Shown: positions 27,702-40,449 of the stretch, piece by piece
Layout of the letters: each line of letters opens with the position of its first letter
Position numbering within the stretch: position 1 is the first letter of the stretch
NCBI RefSeq assembly: GCF_006345805.1
Contig: NC_043002.1
Coordinates: 91,202,001-91,266,000 of the forward strand
Origin: Octopus sinensis
Taxonomy: Eukaryota
Length of the DNA: 64,000 bases
Direction of reading: 5' to 3'
Notes under the pieces: generated by a model
The model's input: the letters and a program-made list of their open reading frames with translations, nothing else
Databases searched by the model: none
Told to the model about the DNA's origin: nothing
Program-made: the position numbers and the translations under genes

Positions 27702-27732
<31 letters not shown>

Positions 27733-27750
27733 ACAACAACAACAACAACA

Positions 27751-27795
<45 letters not shown>

Positions 27796-27799
<4 letters not shown>

Positions 27800-28350
27800 G
27801 CCCTGATGCAGTACCAGGCAGTGGCTCTCATGGCTTCTGATCTTAACTGATTGGAAGTGTTATCATGTACATTGTTTTGTTTTGGTATAAAAGATGGGCT
27901 ACAGCAAATATTCTGCTCAATACCACAGATTTGCTTGTCAGTTGTTTGACCGTAACCAGTTGAGCATGTCCCTTAGTGGCTGACGATATGTGCATCTCTG
28001 ATCACGTGCAGAAGTAGTGGGGGAGCATCATAGCCATGTGTTGAGAGGGAATTTTGGAGGTTTGAATAATTCACCTCTGGAAACATGAGTGTTTTGTTCA
28101 ACATCTTTAAACAACCCTTATTCAGGGATCTTTTGTGCGGGATGGGCTACTCAACCTGAAGAAAATTCTAATTGGGCCCCACCTGCAAGGTCATGTGCTG
28201 TTTATCTTGATACGAAATCATGTCGCGTACATATGGTTGTGATGCATGTGCCTGGTGAACCCTTATCAGACAGGTAGTCATGATGGGTACACTGGGCTTC
28301 GTATATTTTACTCTAGTGGCACTTTGATGGCATGCACTGCTCTCTCACTC
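27796..28350 (+). mobile_element. Sixth copy of the 560-bp (AAT)n-associated element
   Basis: Same AAATGCCCTG...CTCTCACTC unit, with (AAT)n on both sides. Confidence 0.9.
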
Positions 28351-28404
<54 letters not shown>

Positions 28405-28481
28405 CATAATGATAATAATAATAATTTTGGTACAAGGTAGAAGAAGAAGAAGAAGGAGGAGGAGGAGGAGGAGGAGGAGGA

Positions 28482-28529
<48 letters not shown>

Positions 28530-28536
28530 TAATAAA

Positions 28537-28571
<35 letters not shown>

Positions 28572-28587
28572 CAACAACAACAACAAG

Positions 28588-28618
<31 letters not shown>

Positions 28619-28731
28619 GCAACAACAGCAACAACAGCAACAACAGCAGCAACAGCAGTAACAGCAGCAACAGCAGCAACAGCAGCAACAGCAGCAGCAA
28701 CAGCAACAGCAACAATAACAATAACAATAAC

Positions 28732-28773
<42 letters not shown>

Positions 28774-28790
28774 TAATAATAATAATTATA
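28351..28790. repeat. Compound trinucleotide tract AAT/AAG/GGA/AAT/AAC/AGC/AAT
   Basis: Read directly from the sequence. Confidence 0.95.
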
Positions 28791-29268
28791 TTTTGTTTCG
28801 CAACGTATATCTTCTCTGCTTCATAAATACTTTAGTAAACTTCATTCAACCTTCTGACGAAGAGGAACTATAGCCCAAAATTTTGCCAAGTTTTGCGTAC
28901 AGTATCTCGGAAACGCGAACTGTGTTATCATCAGTGTCTATATATTTCTGAAGAGTTCATAATTGTCTTTACCTCAAAGCAGAACAACTCTCTTTTCTCA
29001 TAACTTCATTAAAATAGAAATGTTTGAACAGTTTTTCTTTTTTTTTTGGCGAATGATGAATAGAAATTTGATAGCCATCTTCAAAGTTACTTTACGATGC
29101 TTGCTAAATGATTAAAACTATTTCATCTAAGGTGCAAACGTAGAATATAGGCGCAGGATGGCTTGCTTCTCAACCATATGGTCTTGGGTTCAGTCCCACT
29201 GCCCTGCAAATTGGACGAGTGTGTTCCACAACAGATCAGATTTGGTAGAGAGAGCTGAAAGAAGCCCG

Positions 29269-29345
<77 letters not shown>

Positions 29346-29449
29346 TGTGTATGTGTATTAATATGACAACAAAAGAATGAATGAGACCTCGATGCTATGT
29401 ATAATAGAGAAATTTATCTATATATATGTGACAATTAGTTGGTTGTCAT

Positions 29450-29510
29450 AATAAAACTCAGAGTTTCGGATACCGGGACTGAAGTCTGCCTCGGCATCTC
29501 ATCAGTTTTT
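29450..29510 (-). ncRNA. Type I hammerhead ribozyme motif (inverted partner)
   Basis: Minus strand reads AAAAA-CUGAUGA-GAUGCCG...CGGUAUCC-GAAAC-UCUGA-GUU-UUAUU, with one stem I mismatch. Confidence 0.65.
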
Positions 29511-29549
29511 AAGACAAAACGCTATGAAAAAAACCGTTGAATAAAGGGA

Positions 29550-29610
29550 AATAACTGATGAGATGCCGAGGCAGACTTCAGCCCCGGTATCCGAAACTCT
29601 GAGTTTTATT
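29550..29610 (+). ncRNA. Type I hammerhead ribozyme motif
   Basis: AAUAA (stem I), CUGAUGA at 29555-29561, stem II GAUGCCG/CGGUAUC, GAAAC at 29593-29597, palindromic stem III ACUC-U-GAGU, GUU at 29603-29605, then UUAUU completing a 5-bp stem I. Confidence 0.75.
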
Positions 29611-29668
29611 ATGGCAACCAACTAATTGTCACATATTATCACACACACACACACACATGTATATATAT

Positions 29669-29905
29669 ATTTCTTTACTACCCACAAGGGGCTAAACACA
29701 GAGGGGACAAACAAGGACAGACAAACGGATTAAGTCGATTACATCGATCCCAATGCGTAACTGGTACTTAATTTATCGACCCCGAAAGGATGAAAGGCAA
29801 AGTCGACCTAGGCGGGATTTGAACTCAGAACGTAACGGCAGATGAAATACGGCTACGCATTTCGCCCGGCGTGCTAACGTTCCTGCCAGCTCGCCGCCAG
29901 CTCGC
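29669..29905 (-). mobile_element. SINE family B, long-tail solo copy
   Basis: Close match to 51277-51506; the 5' end GCCAGCTCGCC is duplicated. Confidence 0.85.
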
Positions 29906-30024
29906 CGCCAGCTCGACACATATATATATATATAGTTGAAGTTTACAGAAAAAGCAAAAGACGAAGACAGGTGTACAAACAACAAGCAGGCGTATTATTT
30001 TAACGCTCGGGAAGGTGAGAAAGT

Positions 30025-30060
30025 CTTTTACGTTTCGGGCCAACGCTGTTCAACAGAAAG
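30025..30060 (-). ncRNA. Decayed minimal hammerhead-like motif
   Basis: Minus strand reads CUUU-CUGUUGA-A-CAGC(GUUG)GCCC-GAAAC-GUA-AAAG. Core and stem II are mutated; the 4-bp stem I is intact. Confidence 0.4.
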
Positions 30061-32441
30061 GAACATAGAAAATAAACAAAGAAAGAATAAAAAAAAGTGT
30101 GGATTTAGCGGTCAGTCATGGCATTTATATATATATATATATGAATGTATGTATGTATGTATGTATGGATGTAAGTATGTATGTATGTATGCAAGTATGC
30201 ATGTATGTATGTGTGTGCGTGTGTGTGCTCGCGTGTGTTCGAGCGTGTCTTGTGCGTGTCTTAGTGCCTCAATGCCGCCCGACAATTGGCGTTGGTTTGT
30301 TTACATCCCCGTAACATTAGCGATTCGGTTGGTAGAATAAATATCAGCTTTCAGAATTAAGTACTGGGGATGATTTGTTCGATTACATCCTTCAAGGTGG
30401 TACCATTTGAACACTGGAGTCGGTGTAGTCGACTTAACCCCCATCCCTCACACTCAAGAAAATTTGAGGTCTTGTTCCTATAATAGTGAAGAATATCTAA
30501 GGATCCCTGAATATTGTTACAGCCCCAAAGGCTGAAACAAGATAAAAATTAAACGATAACAGATAAAGAATGTATATATTAAATGAAATTAAAGAATAGG
30601 AACAGAGGAAGAAAATGAATGAGAAACATGATGGAATGGTTGCGGGCGGAATACATTTAATCAAAAGTATATGTAATCAAATTTAATCTGGGATTAAACA
30701 CTAACAGCAACTATGTTAATAATAATACTAGTTTCAGATTTTGGCACAAAGCCAGCAGTTTCGGGAAAGAGCCAAGTCGATTAGATCGACCTCAGTGCTC
30801 AGCTGGTATTTATTTTATCGATCCGATAGGGTGAAAAGCAAAGTCAACCCTGACGGTATTTGAACTCAGAACGTAAGCATGATCGAAAAGCCGCTTCAGT
30901 GTAATACTAATACAGATAATGGGCTCATTAGCAACTTGGTCGTTTGTCTTAGTAAAATTGTCTCAGAGCTTGAGACAGTTTGTTGCTTTCACTTAAATTT
31001 TCAACCCCGTGTAAAGGACACAAGCTGAGAAATGAATTTCATATCGCATCTATTGGACAGTTATTCCTTACATATCAGCACCAAAGAGAAGGAAATCTCT
31101 GTTTACAACCAATAATGGTACATGAATAAAAAGAACATGGCAATAGCAAGAACACAGCAGCGTCAAGTCGTTAAGAACAGCAAAATCGTAGGAACGATGA
31201 AACATAGCAATGACAAAACTATAACAACGTCAAGGCCGTAACAACAGCAAGACCATAGCAGCGGCAAGACCGTAGCAAAGGCATGACCATAGGTGCGGCA
31301 AAACGATAATAATATAAAAGAACATTGCAACAATACGACGATAATTACATCAAATATATAACAGTTGTGAGACCATAATAACAGCAAGACCACAGCGACA
31401 TCAAGTCCATAGCGACAGTGATATCTTGGTAATTTGTACGACCATATAGACATGAAGACTTATAAACAACATCAAGCCTCTTTTGATCCACTGCAACATC
31501 AAGGAAATTGCAACACCAAGGCCTTAGTAACAGCGAGCGAGTAGCAACATCGAAACCAAAGCAACAAATGCATAGCATCATTGAAGCAATAGCAACACTA
31601 GGATTCTAGCAAGAGAAGTGACCTTAATAACTATATAAAAATACAGTTCAACGTGATTTTGTCTAGCCCCAGGTCAATCCTGACTGAGCAGGCATTCGAA
31701 ATGTGATCATTTTGTCACTTTATAGTTATCTATGTCAATAGTATCAAATACGTCCTTTTGAAGAGTGTGTCCTGAACGGAGACTGCTTTTTGTAGCAAAT
31801 ACAACGACTTCATCGCAGCTCGCATGTTGGCGCTTCAACTTCACACAATTATAGAAGAGATATACGATCGACTGAATAGACATCAGTAATTTAACTGGTA
31901 TTTATTTCGTTACGCTGAGGGATCAGGGTTGAACAGAAAAATCAATCCAATCAGTACTTGCAATCAGAACATGGAATATATTACTGAAAATGACAAAGCA
32001 TTTTATCGAGTCTTCTTTATAGTTTTGGTCACTTCACAGTTGCATTTGATAATAAGAATGGCGTTACCTGCATGGGCAAGCCCCAGAATGATGAGAATAG
32101 ATATACGGCGGGTTTCTGAAAACCTCCTGGCTTTAACGGCCCAACATTCCAAGATCTATTGTAGGGCTTAGGAAAAACTGAAGGACAGCTGCAATAAATG
32201 AGCGGGTCTGAGAGGGGAATATGTTCAATAAAATCATTGTTAACTGATTCTCCTGTATATTTATTTCTTTATTGCCCATAGGAGGTTAAACGCATACACA
32301 TACATAAGTATCGAGGCTGCAAACACGTGTTCGAGTATCACTATCACCTGATTGAAAGCTCACACATGCGAAGGCTAAGACCAGTCATTTTTGTGATAGG
32401 TCTTACTTTTTTTTCAAGTGATGCCTGCGCATGATGATTAT

Positions 32442-32821
32442 AGGAGCACTCCGTCGGTTACGACGATGAGGGTCCCAGCTGATACGATCAACGGAACAGC
32501 TTGCTCGTGGAATTAACGTGCAAGTGGCTGAGCATTCCACAGACACGTGTACCCTTAACGTAGTTCTCGAGGAGATTCAGCGTGACACAGAGTGTGACAA
32601 GGCTGGCCCTTTGAAATACAGGTACAACAGAAACAGGAAGAAAGAGTGAGAGAAAGTTTTGGTGAAAGAGTACAGCAGGGTTCAACCCCCCCCTGCAGGA
32701 GCCTTGTGAAGCTTTAGGTGTTTTCGCTCAATAAACACTCACAATGCCCGGTCTGGGAATCGAAACCGCGATCCTACGACCGCGAGTCCGCTGCCCTAAC
32801 CACTGGGTCATTGCGCCTCCA
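32442..32821 (-). mobile_element. SINE family A
   Basis: Reverse complement of 8507-8890; 14-bp TSD CGCAT(G/A)ATGATTAT with one mismatch. Confidence 0.88.
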
Positions 32822-34646
32822 CGCATAATGATTATTTATAGTGGGGAAATGATTTGCACAAATCCAAACCCACAACTGGAACATAGACAATATAAACTTG
32901 AAATGAACTAGTCTACGTCATCGAATATTGTTTGTGTAGTAGGCTTTTTCTCAGAGTTTCCCTCTCCAAGAGAGACGTTGTGGCAACAACAGAGGGGCCT
33001 CCCACTCTCAGTGGACCAACCGCGCGCCTAGATACCAACCCAGGTATTTCCACGTCCCTGCGCATATATACATGCATACATTCACATGTGCACATATTGT
33101 CGGATGACCGTTGACTGCTCATGAACTCTTCTGCCCTTTGCCATATTTATATACATGTATGTATGTACAAGAGATGGTGGTTTAGTTCACAGGTGATCTA
33201 AGCGATTATGTACGCTAGGTAAGTGCCGTAACGGATTGCTAGGGCTTCAAGGTTATAGCCGAGACGGTAGTTATGGAACCATTGCAGATTTCCCATATAG
33301 CAGATATCTTTAAATTGTTAAAGAGGACAACAAACGTTAAAGCAAGGTGAACATCTCAAGTCATATACATTATTATTATTGGAAAAAATTCAAATTCTTA
33401 GAGCTGTTCGTGGGATACCCCAGAGTATAGGATATTCCGTCATCGGAGACAAATAGGGAAAATGAGAAGGGCAGAGATTAATGAAATGACGACATAGTGG
33501 ACAGGAGTAAATGAATAAGGAGATGAAAAAAGAGAAGAAAAAGAAGCATAAAGGAGTCACAGTTCAACTTCCCGATCTTGATGAAATAAGTCCATAAGTC
33601 CTTAGGTGCAATCCTGCGTAAATCTATGTGGGTTAAAGTCTTGATATTGTAAACATCCAGAAAAATGAGGGGAACATATCAACGTTCAATAACAGAATTT
33701 GTAGCGGAGGTATCAATTAAACGATAAAAAGAAAGAAAAGTAAATGAATAGAAAGAGAGGTAGCCAGAATGAGGGGAAAGTTAAGAATTGGCATTAAGGA
33801 TAAAGTAAGGTATATAAAAATATACTGCCTAAGAAGTTAAGAGGGAGGAGGATGAGGCAGAGGAAGATAACGTAAAAAAATGAACAAAATAGAGCAAAAT
33901 GAAAAGAATTTAAGGAGAAAAGTAGGTGTCAGTCGTATTCTTCTAGTCTATGGGGTGTGTGGAAGAAATCTAGTAGTAAATGCTTGTGTCCATTCTGGCT
34001 AAGGTCAGTGGCGGTAGAGTTATATTTAGCAATGGAGTTATAGGTGGTAGGTAGTCGTGATTGGAGAAACTAGTTGAATGTTAAATTATTTAGGAGTAGG
34101 ATTTAGAATTAGGTATTAAGGGATTTATTGAGTATATAAAAATATAGTGTCTAAGAATATAGTGTACAAAAATAGCGGATTTAGTTTTTTTCATTCGCAA
34201 AATATACATTTTTTTAAAAGGAAGTAAAAAGTCTGAAAATCGGCTATAATAATGTAGGCATCCAGTCTCGTTGCTTTGAAGGTATGATGTTGTGGAGACA
34301 AAAATTGGAGAAAAAAGTTATAGAAGTTTAAAAATCGAAAAAACTGTATTTTTAATCAATATTTTAAACCAGTTTTCTGCGTTTAACGGAGCGGTGTCAA
34401 CTTTAAGTTTGTACCCTGCGAAATTTATAGTTTAGCGTCTGACCTCTTCATTGTAGGTTTCTAAATAGACAGAAATACCTAATAAAATCAACGTGTATCA
34501 TCTTACTGTTTCTTTTGTCTCTCCATGGATTGTATTTTTTAATTTTTTAAAATTTGTTATATTAATATATTTGTCTGCGTATGTTTACTTTATGCGTATT
34601 CCAGTATTATGTATACCTGTCAATACATCATTAATATATAAGTGCA

Positions 34647-34681
<35 letters not shown>

Positions 34682-35622
34682 AAGAATGTTTTTTATGCTT
34701 GGATTTGTAAGCTACGATAAGAATAACACCGGTCAACAAAGAATTTGTCCCAAGGAATGGAATACATGTATCTTATATATAAAAAATAATGTTAAATCAT
34801 CTCCTCTCGGTTCTGGTTACGTGGGCTAAATTTCAGTTAAGCTGTTGAAATGTGAAGCTAATGGTTTAAGAAATACTCCTAATTTAAATGTTTATGAATA
34901 GAATTAACCTAGTGAAATTATAAATTCATGAATCCCCAAAATATATGAAATAAAAAATATGTAAAAATACTAACACACAGAAAAAGCACAGAAAAATACT
35001 AACACACAGAAGCACAGAAAAATATGTAATATGCTAACACACAGAAAAATTAAAACAAAACACACGGGTGAAAAGAGTCTCGTGATATGAAGAATAAAGT
35101 GTGAAAAATCAACATAGACAATAGCAGCACAGACAACAGTGAAGTGAACCACAACACAACGTCCTATTGTCATGGTAACAAGCTGCTAATGTCACGCTGT
35201 CTGTTGATTGGCTAAAATTACCCAAATTTCCCAACTTTAATTCCAAATAACATCACATTCTTTAATTAACGAAATAAAGTAATCGGTTGATTGTAATCAA
35301 AATTCAGAGTTGCATCGATACACCAAAATTGAAAGCAATCTGATCAAAATTAAGTGGGGGAGGGGCTAATTTTGCGAATGAGAAGGACTTAGATCCAAAA
35401 TAGACAAGAGGATAATAAATCCCCTAATATTTAATTCTAACTCCTACTCCTACATAATTAAACATTCAATTAGTTTCTCCATTCACAACTACCTACACAA
35501 CCATAACCCCATTGCCAAAAATAACTCTACAGTCACTGATCTTAGCCAGAACGGACACAAGCATTTGCTACTAGATTTCCTCCCCACCCCCTATAGACTA
35601 GAAGTATAACACTGGCACCTAC

Positions 35623-35656
<34 letters not shown>

Positions 35657-36099
35657 TGTATGTATGTATGTATGTATGTATGTATGTACGTGTCTCTTCT
35701 ATTTCTTAATTATTATAAATCTTCCACTGAGAAGGGAGCCGCATTGCAACAAAGATACAAGGCTCCATCATTGTTATGTAGCTAATACAGACAAACTCAC
35801 ATTTGGAACTTGAGAAAAGTTTTGCATACTTTTACTGTTCCACTCACAGATTGCACTTGTAATGTACGAATTAGCCGGTCTATTTCTCTTTCTGAAAATC
35901 CCAGTTTATCCAGATTATCCTTTAAGCGTTTACTAACAAAACCTAGCCCTTCAATTATTACTGGTATGAATATGAATTAATAGTCTGAAGGTTTTGAAGC
36001 TGTTATCCATAAATATCCTCTTTTTTTTCATTTAAAAAAAGATATTTATATCTGCATGGCCTTTGCCCCTCTGTCCCAAACAGCAATATCCGGCCTGTT

Positions 36100-37800
36100 A
36101 TGTTTGATGGGAATATTCTACCAGTATTCCTTGAGTTGGTGTTTATGAATGCATTCCATAACAGAAGGATTTTCTAGGTTTATTTCAGGACAGTCTCTCT
36201 TGCGAATGGCATTGTAAATTGTTTTAGCAACAACATCGTGGCGCATAGGGAGGTAGTACCGTGACGACATTTTAAGGCTGCTAATCACATGCGTGATATC
36301 TTCCACAGAAACATGACATAATCTACACATGCAGTTGCACCTTGGGATTACAAGAGCGTCACTGTCTCTCTTGTCCATCAGGTACTTTGTGGCTATCTCC
36401 TGTTCCTGGATTGCAAATGCATAGCCTTCAAAGTATGATATGATGGAGTGGTCTTGTTTCTAAGAGAGGCTGCTCTTCGTGTCAATTCTACTATCTTCTT
36501 CAAATTTCCGGGTAACATACCTAAGTATATATATATATTTTTTGTATGCTGAGTGCTTTCCTTCCAGGTCTTCTCTGAGGTAAGAGAGCCCAGTTGTTTT
36601 GGGGCTGTATAGAAAACCATCGGGTAGAGAGTGCTCCTTGTGGAGCTCACTGCCAGCTCGTACAATGTTGCTCACTTCACTTTTCAGGACTGCATTTATA
36701 TATTTATTTTTGCTGCTGTTGTTTACCAGGTGCTGCTTGAGTGATACCATACAGCATTCGAAGGCCGTCTGCACTGATTTCAAGCCTCTACTACATTCAT
36801 TTCTTTTTAGGTAGAGCCTGTCAACATCACTGTTTCTGTGGATTTTCCCAGTTGTTGTCAGGATTTTGCGGGTTTTGATATCTATAGAGTGGATTTCCTC
36901 TACAGACCAATCAAGTATTCCAAATGTTTGGATCAGCACTGGTACATCAAATGCATTGTGGGATATTATTTTGTTGTTAGAGGAGGGTTCCGACTACCAT
37001 ATTTTCCTAAGACTGGTGTCACTCTATCTTTATTCACAGTGCTCTCATAAAACACATTTTCCTTTTATGCCTAGGTACTTGTAACATTCTTTGTGTGGAA
37101 TGGGGGAAATAGAAAGACCGTTCGTTGATGCACAGATTTTGGGTTTGACGAACTGACTTTCCTCGTTCTATAATCAAACATTTCTTTTGGCCAAATTCCA
37201 TGACTATATCAGCTGAAAATGTTGTTACTAATTCCAGTTGTTTTTTTTTTTTTTTTTCGCATTGTTAACACATTTAGCATAAATCTTCAGGTTGTTTACA
37301 AAGAAATTATGAGTTACATTGATATTTGTAGCAGTTGGAGATCCTAAAATATAACATTTTGTTTTCTGCAGCAGGAACGATGATGGATTCAGTGCCAAAA
37401 TGAAAAGAAGTACAGGCAGACTATCTCTCTGGAAATTCCTATACTATCAGAAGCAATTATTCTGTTCTAAGGGTAAGAATTGTTGTCCAGTTTATGCGTT
37501 TGCAATCCAGGAACAGGAGATTACCACAAAGTACCTGGTGAACAAGAGAGAGCAAGAGAGAGAAAGTGGCGCTCCTTGTAACCCCTAGGTGCAACTATAT
37601 GTGTAGATTATGTCATGTTTCTGTGGAAGACATCACGCATGTAATTTGAATATGCATTTCAATTGGTTTCTATAAAATGTCAGATTCTTGTACCAATATC
37701 CCTTCCAGGTGCCTTCCCATTCTGTAGTTTCCCTACTACTATAGCGAAGGTTTCTGCATCAATTTCGTATGATTTCTGTTAGTGTTGGTACGGTATTCTC
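36100..37800 (-). pseudogene. Decayed R4/Dong-like RT-RLE retrotransposon with an internal inverted segment
   Basis: Fragments include DSLPVLLFILALNPSSF, SDVDRLYLKRNECSRGL, YAFAIQEQEIATKYL and CRLCHVSVEDITHV..RHDVV. Confidence 0.8.
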
Positions 37801-37993
37801 TCTCAGTTGTATTTAACCATGATACATTCAGGTTGAAATCCTTCTTTCCGTTCCAAATTTTTGAACAGAACGATTGTAAACCTTCTTCGGAGGGAGCTTT
37901 CTTAATAGTAATGTTTTCTTAATTGTGACGTCTTCTTTATGTATGTATGTATGTATGTATGTATGTATGTATGTATGTATGTATGTATGTATG

Positions 37994-38080
<87 letters not shown>

Positions 38081-38339
38081 AACGTGCATATTAGATATTA
38101 GAGACAAGAAAGTAAATTTCTAACATAGTAAAGTTGTAAGGATAGCAGAGAAAAATTGTCTATTTACCCTTTATAAGACATGAAAAGCTGCTAGCAGCAG
38201 GCGACTACTTTCCTGTCTGTAATATACCAAACGCATTAGACGTTTCCAAATCGGTGCGGTGAATAAATTGACGTCTAAATTATGCAAATATGAAAATAAC
38301 ACTGACATCACATTTTAACAGATATATTTAGCAAAATTA

Positions 38340-39289
38340 CATAAAAAATATCTCTAAAGACTAAATTTATTCAATAAAATCTCCATTGGTTTCAACCACA
38401 GCCTCCAGACGACTTCGGAATCTCCTACAACTCTTCTGGATGGTCTCCTTGGTTAAGTTGGTGAATGCTTCTGTTCATCTTTGGTGTTACAAGGAGTTTT
38501 GTTGGTCTATCGCTCAACTATACCCCATACATAATAATCAAAGGGGTTGCAGTCTGGGGAGTTAGGTGGCCAGAAGTTAGGGGTGATGTGGTCGTAGAAA
38601 TTGCCTGAAAGCCATGACTGGGTTCTCCTACTTGTGTGGCATGGTGCAGAGTCCTATTGCCAGACATAGGGTCTTCCAGCATCCACCCTCTGTGATCCTG
38701 GCAGAACATTTTCTCGTCTGGGAAAAATCAAAACATGTTCTGTTGGAGGGGACGTTTGAGTTTGTTCAAAAGCTTCGTAGCAGTCTTTTCCTCGTGTCCC
38801 TGATGGCTTCGGATAAAAATTACCCTTTTCGCAGCTTATATGAGGAATACCGACTGTCTTCATGCACTACCTACCGGATAAGAAACTGAGACACTCCCAT
38901 GCCTCTGGCGATGGACCTGATTGACTTGAAGGGATCGATGTCAATCATGGCCTGGATTTCACCAACAAATTCAGGAGATGTTTTTCTTATCAGAACGATC
39001 AGAGCGAGATTTCCGAGCTGCCGTACTTCGTAATCACTATTAAACTCATCCCAACTCTTTCTGAATCCTCTGCATTGTCCTTAGATTGACAGCCAAACAC
39101 TTTGAAATGTTCGTACTGGGGCTTCCGGCGCTAATGCCAAGCATTACATCATATCGTTTCCAAATTTCCCTCAGAGTCAATTGCGTCATGGTGCTGTTTA
39201 CCTCACAGACGGTGCCCAACTGACCTTTCGACACTGTGAAGTCGACAAAAACAAACAATGCACGAAACTAAAAATATACCCATCGCAGC

Positions 39290-39292
<3 letters not shown>
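38340..39292 (-). mobile_element. Decayed Tc1/mariner (DD37D-like) element
   Basis: Minus-strand WPPNSPDCNPFDYYVWG motif; right end CAGGCTGCGATGGG (minus strand) abuts (TA)n. The left boundary is uncertain. Confidence 0.7.
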
Positions 39293-39359
<67 letters not shown>

Positions 39360-39362
39360 ACG

Positions 39363-39395
<33 letters not shown>

Positions 39396-39527
39396 TATAT
39401 ATATATACATATATATATTATATATACATATATATATATTATATATAATATATATATACATATATGTGTGTATATGTATGTATATATATATATATATATA
39501 CATACACACACACACATATATCTCCTT

Positions 39528-39735
39528 TCTCCTTTACTTGTTTCAGTCATTTGACTGCGGCCATGCTGGAGCACCGCCTTTTAGTCGAGCAACTCGACCC
39601 CGGGACTTATTCTTTTTGTAAGCCTAGTACTTATTCTATCGGTCTCTTTTTGCCGAACCGCTAAGTGACGGGGACGTAAACACACCAGCATCGGTTGTCA
39701 AGCAATGCTAGGGGAACAAACACAGACACACAAAC

Positions 39736-39766
<31 letters not shown>

Positions 39767-39937
39767 CATATATACGACAGGCTTCTTTCAGTTTCCGTCT
39801 ACCAAATCCACTCAAAAGGCATTGGTCGGCCCGGGGCTATAGCAGAAGACACTTGCCCAAGATGCCACGCAGTGGACTGAACCCAGAACCATGTGGTTGG
39901 TTAGCGAGCTACTTACCACACAGCCACTCCTGCGCCT
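39528..39937 (-). mobile_element. SINE family C
   Basis: Near-identical reverse complement of 48783-49208. Confidence 0.88.
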
Positions 39938-39954
39938 ATATATATAATATATAA

Positions 39955-40075
<121 letters not shown>

Positions 40076-40449
40076 TTTTATGCGTGTGTCAGTGTGTGTG
40101 AGAGAGAGAGAGCGAGATAGGGAAAGAGGAAGATAGAAACAGAGAGAAAGAGAAAGGGATACATATTACCTAAAATATGAATAAATTATCTCGTAAAATA
40201 TTCTGCCTTTAATGCGTAACAAAATGCAAATAATGCAATTTGTTCTCGATTAGAATAATGCGATAGAGGCGCCATTATTTTTCTGTGGCCATCCTTTCTG
40301 ATGTGTGTATATATTATATTTATATTTCGCTTTTAAATATATTGATCTCACTCATTTAAAGGGAACTTGTTGAGGTGTCGTCGTCAACAGCTTAGAATTT
40401 CAGTTTACTTGCTGTTAATACATGTTATTTTTTAATCCCAAAGAAAAGG

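Larger units (their letters stand above)
24326..27703 (+). mobile_element. R4/Dong-clade non-LTR retrotransposon inserted in (AAT)n
   Basis: Single ORF with RT, CCHC and RLE; (AAT)n on both flanks; 3' UTR hairpin CTTGCC...GGCAAG, then an A-rich end and (TAA)n. Confidence 0.92.

Noticed and set aside
28854-28930. CUGACGA...long stem...GAAAC hammerhead-like motif
   Set aside because: Stem II is plausible, but its closing pair is A-G and no stem I can be formed; at best a dead remnant.
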